From: Devosia sp. | Lineage (GTDB): Bacteria > Pseudomonadota > Alphaproteobacteria > Rhizobiales > Devosiaceae | Length of the DNA stretch: 64,000 bases | Assembly (NCBI RefSeq): GCF_965229025.1 | Contig: NZ_OZ245853.1 | Span: forward strand, 3,172,277 to 3,236,276 | Direction of reading: 5' to 3' | Part shown: in pieces, positions 60,715 through 64,000 of the stretch | Numbering within the stretch: position 1 is the stretch's first letter | Layout of the letters: each line of letters starts with the position of its first letter | Position numbers and translations under genes: made by a program | Notes under the pieces: generated by a model | The model's database searches: none | Told to the model about the DNA's origin: nothing | What the model saw: the letters and a program-made list of their open reading frames with translations, nothing else

Positions 60715-61719
60715 ATGACGATCGGTGTGGAAGAGTTCGGCGCCTTTGAAGGCAAGCGCGTCGACCAGTTCAAGCTCAGGAGCAGCACCGGGGTCGAGGT
60801 CGACCTGATCAGCTGGGGTGTGGCGGTTCGCGACTGGCGCGTGCCGGTTGCGGACGGCCTGCGCTCGGTGGTGCTGGGGTTCGAGCACTTTGACGCCTAC
60901 CCCGCCCACTCGCCGCATTTCGGTTCGCTCGCCGGCCGGGTCGCTAATCGCATTGGCGGTGCGAGCTTCGGTCTCGACGGCAAGCACTATCCGACGCCGG
61001 CCAATTTCGCGGACCGGCATACCCTGCATGGCGGGCCGGAAGGGCTGGGCCGGGTGGTGTGGGATGGCGAGGTGGACACAGCGCGCAATGCGGTGCGTTT
61101 CACGCATTTCTCGCCCGACGGGCACATGGGGTTTCCGGGCAATGTGACGTTCAGCGCGCTTTACACGCTTGAGGGTAGCAAGCTGAAGCTTGAGCTGCGC
61201 GCGACGACCGATCAGCGCACGCCGATCAACCTGGTGCAGCACCAGTATTTCAACCTTGGAACCGGGCCGGACGTGCTCGACCATCGCTACCAGGTGAATT
61301 CGGGCGCTTACACCGAGGTCGATAGCGACCTCATTCCAACCGGCGGCATCCTGCCCTCCAAGGGGACCATTTGGGATCTCCGTGCCGGCCGCACGATGCG
61401 GGACGCGGCAGGCAAGCCCGTCGACTATGACGGCAACGTGGTGCTCGACCAGGGCCGCGATCTTGACGTTCCGGTGGCCACAGTGAACGGGCCTGACGGG
61501 GCACTGACGCTGAAGCTCTGGACCGACCGGCCGGGGCTGCAGGTTTACAACAGCGTCTGGAGTGACGTGCGCGCTGACGGCAAGGTCTACGGCAAATACT
61601 CGGGCTTCTGCCTCGAGGACCAGAGCTTCCCCGACGCGCTGCATAACTCGCACTTCCCCTCGATCATCTATGAGCCGGGCAAGGACTACCTCCATCACTG
61701 CGATATCGAGATCGCTTGA
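60715..61719 (+). CDS. galM: aldose 1-epimerase (mutarotase)
   Basis: GRVANRI, HTLHGG, HQYFNL, PGLQVY, GFCLEDQ. Confidence 0.92.
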   Translation: MTIGVEEFGAFEGKRVDQFKLRSSTGVEVDLISWGVAVRDWRVPVADGLRSVVLGFEHFDAYPAHSPHFGSLAGRVANRIGGASFGLDGKHYPTPANFADRHTLHGGPEGLGRVVWDGEVDTARNAVRFTHFSPDGHMGFPGNVTFSALYTLEGSKLKLELRATTDQRTPINLVQHQYFNLGTGPDVLDHRYQVNSGAYTEVDSDLIPTGGILPSKGTIWDLRAGRTMRDAAGKPVDYDGNVVLDQGRDLDVPVATVNGPDGALTLKLWTDRPGLQVYNSVWSDVRADGKVYGKYSGFCLEDQSFPDALHNSHFPSIIYEPGKDYLHHCDIEIA

Positions 61720-61721
61720 GG

Positions 61722-62194
61722 CTAGAGGGCTAGCCGCCAGTCGTTGACCTCCATCATGGTACCGGGCGGATATTCGAACGCCCGGACACCAAGAAGTTCA
61801 AAGCCGGCACGGCGGCAGATGGCATTGGACGGCGCATTGTGGGGTGACGGGTAGGCATGAAGATATGCATGCCGCCCGTTGTGCCGCAGTTGTTCGAGCA
61901 GCAGGCGCGTCGCTGAACCGGCAAGTCCCCTGCCCTGAAACTCTGGCAGGATTTCCCAGCCCGTTTCGTAGACGGTGTTCGCTCCCAATATCCGATGGCA
62001 CCAGCAGGCTGGCCATCGGCCAGGATCAGGAACATTTCGGTCACGCCGGGCTCAGCGAGGATGTAACGCTGGTGGCGACGCAGCACCTGCTCGTCGATTT
62101 CTGGTCCGCCGATATGCTGCTTCTGCGCGGCGGTATTGCCACGGCGCAGGACATCGAGGCCAGCATCTCCCCAGTCGGCGAGGATGATATTCAT
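61722..62194 (-). pseudogene. GNAT (RimJ/RimL-like) acetyltransferase split by a frameshift near 61980
   Basis: N-terminal frame ends GAIGYWER; C-terminal part TVYETGWEILPEFQGRG...SNAICRRAGF is in another frame. Confidence 0.75.
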
Positions 62195-62478
62195 TTCCTG
62201 ACCTCTGCGAGCAGGTTGAGTGCGGCGATCGCCGCAGCAAGGACCGCCGGGCTGGACGAGTAGAACCAGAATTTACCGCGCTTTTCGAGCGTCAGCAGAC
62301 CCGACTTGCGCAGGACCTTCAGATGCTCGGAGACCGTAGCGAGTGAGAGGTCGGAGAGTTGCGCCAGCTCACCGGCGGATTTCGCGCCATCCCGGCAGGC
62401 CGCGACAAAGGCCCGCCGGTCCGGGTGGGACAGCGCGCGGAGCACCTCGTCGAGATCGAAGGTGTCGATGGCGATCAG
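62191..62478 (-). CDS. ArsR/SmtB family regulator (start GTG 62445 or coupled CTG 62478)
   Basis: RALSHPDRR, SAGELA, TVSEHLKVLRKSGL. Confidence 0.88.
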   Translation of the reverse strand: MIAIDTFDLDEVLRALSHPDRRAFVAACRDGAKSAGELAQLSDLSLATVSEHLKVLRKSGLLTLEKRGKFWFYSSSPAVLAAAIAALNLLAEVRK

Positions 62479-62825
62479 CCCTGGATGAGGGTGAGGAGGT
62501 TGCCCGCCGGGTCGCGGATCTGGGCCTTTTTGACCCAGCCATTGTCGAGCACCGGCATGGCCACCGCGCCGCCTTCTGCTTCAGCGGTTCGCAAGGCGCC
62601 ATCGAGATCGGGCACGACGACGCCAAGGGTGAGTGAGGCGGCTTCAGCTTCGACCAGCGCACCGTTCGGACCACCTTCTGGGGTGGTGACCATGCCATAG
62701 CCCGGACCACGTGGCGTCACCTGCCAGCCCAACACGTCGGCGTAGAACCGGCTCAGCGCCGCGAAGTCGGGGCCGGCGATGTCGAAATGGCCGATGCCGT
62801 TCATGGTGTGGGATTTGGCGGTCAT
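62475..62825 (-). CDS. VOC/glyoxalase family protein
   Basis: IGHFDI, FYADVLGW, VPDLD, IRDPAGNLLTL. Confidence 0.88.
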   Translation of the reverse strand: MTAKSHTMNGIGHFDIAGPDFAALSRFYADVLGWQVTPRGPGYGMVTTPEGGPNGALVEAEAASLTLGVVVPDLDGALRTAEAEGGAVAMPVLDNGWVKKAQIRDPAGNLLTLIQG

Positions 62826-62884
62826 GCTGGTCTCCTGTTCGGTTTGGCCATCATTTCGCAATTTGACGAAATGTCAAGTGGAGC

Positions 62885-62907
62885 CTCCTGACCGGACCTG
62901 GCAGCAG
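62885..62907. promoter_or_regulatory. candidate WYL-regulator operator, copy 1
   Basis: CTCCTGACC-GGACC-TGGCAGCAG. Confidence 0.55.
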
Positions 62908-62961
62908 GCCTCTGACAGAGGAGGCAAAGCTGGCTATCGTGTGGGCCACGGAGGATGTGCC

Positions 62962-63669
62962 TTGGACAAAACCGAGCGACTGTTTTCGATCATGGACGCG
63001 TTGCGCCGGCATAGGCGGCCGGTCACGGCTGCGGCCTTGGCCGACGAACAGGGCGTTTCCGTCCGCACGCTCTACCGGGACGTGCAGACGCTAATCGGGC
63101 TCGGGGCGCCGATCGAGGGCGAGGCGGGCATCGGCTATATGCTGAAGCCAGGGTTCTTCCTGCCGCCGCTGATGTTCAGCGCCGAGGAGCTGGAAGCGCT
63201 GGTGCTCGGCGCCCGCTGGGTGCAGGCACAGCCCGATGCGGGGCTGGCTGGGGCGGCGAAGAACGCAATCGGCAAGATCGCCACCGCATCCCCCGAGGAT
63301 CTGCGCGACCGGATGGCCGATAGCGGGCTCTGGCCCGTGCTGATCCGCGGCCCGGCAGCGCCGGTCGCGGTACTCGGCCTCGTGCGGTCTGCGATGCGCG
63401 ACGAGACGGCGCTGCACATTGGCTATGCTGATGAAGCGGGGCGAACCAGCGAGCGCGACATCTGGCCGATCCAGCTGGCCTATTATGAAGGCAAGCAGAT
63501 CGTCGTCGCCTGGTGCTGCTTGCGGGAGGCGATGCGGCACTTCCGCACCGACCGGATCGTTTTGGCAGATGCGACCTCGCAGCGGTATGGCCGCCGCCGA
63601 TCGGTACTGGCCAAGGAGTGGCGCGCCGAATGGGCAAGGCTGCATCCGGACTGGGCAACAGGGGCCTGA
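62962..63669 (+). CDS. YafY-family HTH-WYL transcriptional regulator
   Basis: ERLF.I...LR, VSVRTLYRD, GEAGIGY, LPPLMF, VAWCCLR, RHFRTDRI; RBS GGAGG with TTG start. Confidence 0.92.
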   Translation: MDKTERLFSIMDALRRHRRPVTAAALADEQGVSVRTLYRDVQTLIGLGAPIEGEAGIGYMLKPGFFLPPLMFSAEELEALVLGARWVQAQPDAGLAGAAKNAIGKIATASPEDLRDRMADSGLWPVLIRGPAAPVAVLGLVRSAMRDETALHIGYADEAGRTSERDIWPIQLAYYEGKQIVVAWCCLREAMRHFRTDRIVLADATSQRYGRRRSVLAKEWRAEWARLHPDWATGA

Positions 63670-63672
63670 ACA

Positions 63673-63695
63673 CTCCTGCCACGACCTGTCAGGAG
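63673..63695. promoter_or_regulatory. candidate WYL-regulator operator, copy 2
   Basis: CTCCTGCCA-CGACC-TGTCAGGAG (9-bp arms, one mismatch) upstream of the epoxide hydrolase. Confidence 0.7.
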
Positions 63696-63758
63696 GGGTA
63701 GTGCAGGGTCTTTTCAGCGGCGGCGCGGTTCCGCCAAGACACTGAAAGGACGACACAA

Positions 63759-64000
63759 ATGACCATCACCCCGTTCACGCTTGCCATCGCCGACAAGGAT
63801 ATCGACGACCTCAAGGTGAGGCTCGAGGGCACACGCTGGCCGCACCCGACGACCGATGACTGGAGCCATGGGCAACCGCTGCATTTCATCCGAGAACTCG
63901 CTGACAAGTGGCTGCTGGATTTCGACTGGCGGCAGCATGAAGCGGCGCTGAATGCCTATCCGCAGTTCCTCACCACGATCGAGGGGCAGACCATCCATTT
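63759..64000 (+). CDS. epoxide hydrolase, N-terminal part (runs off the window end)
   Basis: PFTLAI...DDLK.RL..TRWP, DWSHG.P, FDWRQHE..LN.YPQF.T.IEG..IHF; RBS GAAAGGA. Confidence 0.88.
   Translation, partial: MTITPFTLAIADKDIDDLKVRLEGTRWPHPTTDDWSHGQPLHFIRELADKWLLDFDWRQHEAALNAYPQFLTTIEGQTIH

Noticed and set aside
1-64000. tRNA, rRNA, integrase, transposase or prophage genes
   Set aside because: No cloverleaf, rRNA-like stretch or recombinase/transposase motifs were recognised by eye; tRNAscan, Infernal and ISfinder searches would be needed to exclude them formally

Overview
GC-rich alphaproteobacterial chromosome segment (Hyphomicrobiales; gene order and protein style suggest Devosia or a close relative, which is my inference). 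It is mostly core housekeeping: fabB-fabA/irr; rimP-nusA-ylxR-infB ... rbfA-truB-rpsO-pnp; mutS-glnD-murJ-trpS-usp-nfuA-tsaB-rimI-fur-plsC-miaB-phoH-ybeY-corC-lnt-metK-trmB; and a xylose cluster (LacI-xylB-xylA-GH43, galM). Small accessory inserts sit between these blocks. The most notable items are: (1) a tandem triplication of a ~115-aa secreted protein of unknown function (31.8-32.9 kb) with conserved spacers and a 124-nt perfectly homogenised 3' end; (2) a modular palindromic REP/MITE-like repeat family with about 10 units at 6 intergenic loci, two of which share an extra 34-bp module; (3) a ~5.7-kb insertion splitting infB from rbfA, with an infB terminator and an apparently leaderless rbfA promoter; (4) a WYL/YafY regulator flanked by two copies of a candidate operator, next to glyoxalase, ArsR, GNAT and epoxide hydrolase genes; (5) several readable cis-sites (Irr ICE plus RpoH-type at nfuA, SahR-type at metK, ECF42-type, EcfG-type, TetR and LacI palindromes). 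I saw no rRNA, tRNA, CRISPR array, integrase or transposase. Product calls come from recognising motifs by eye; no database search was run.
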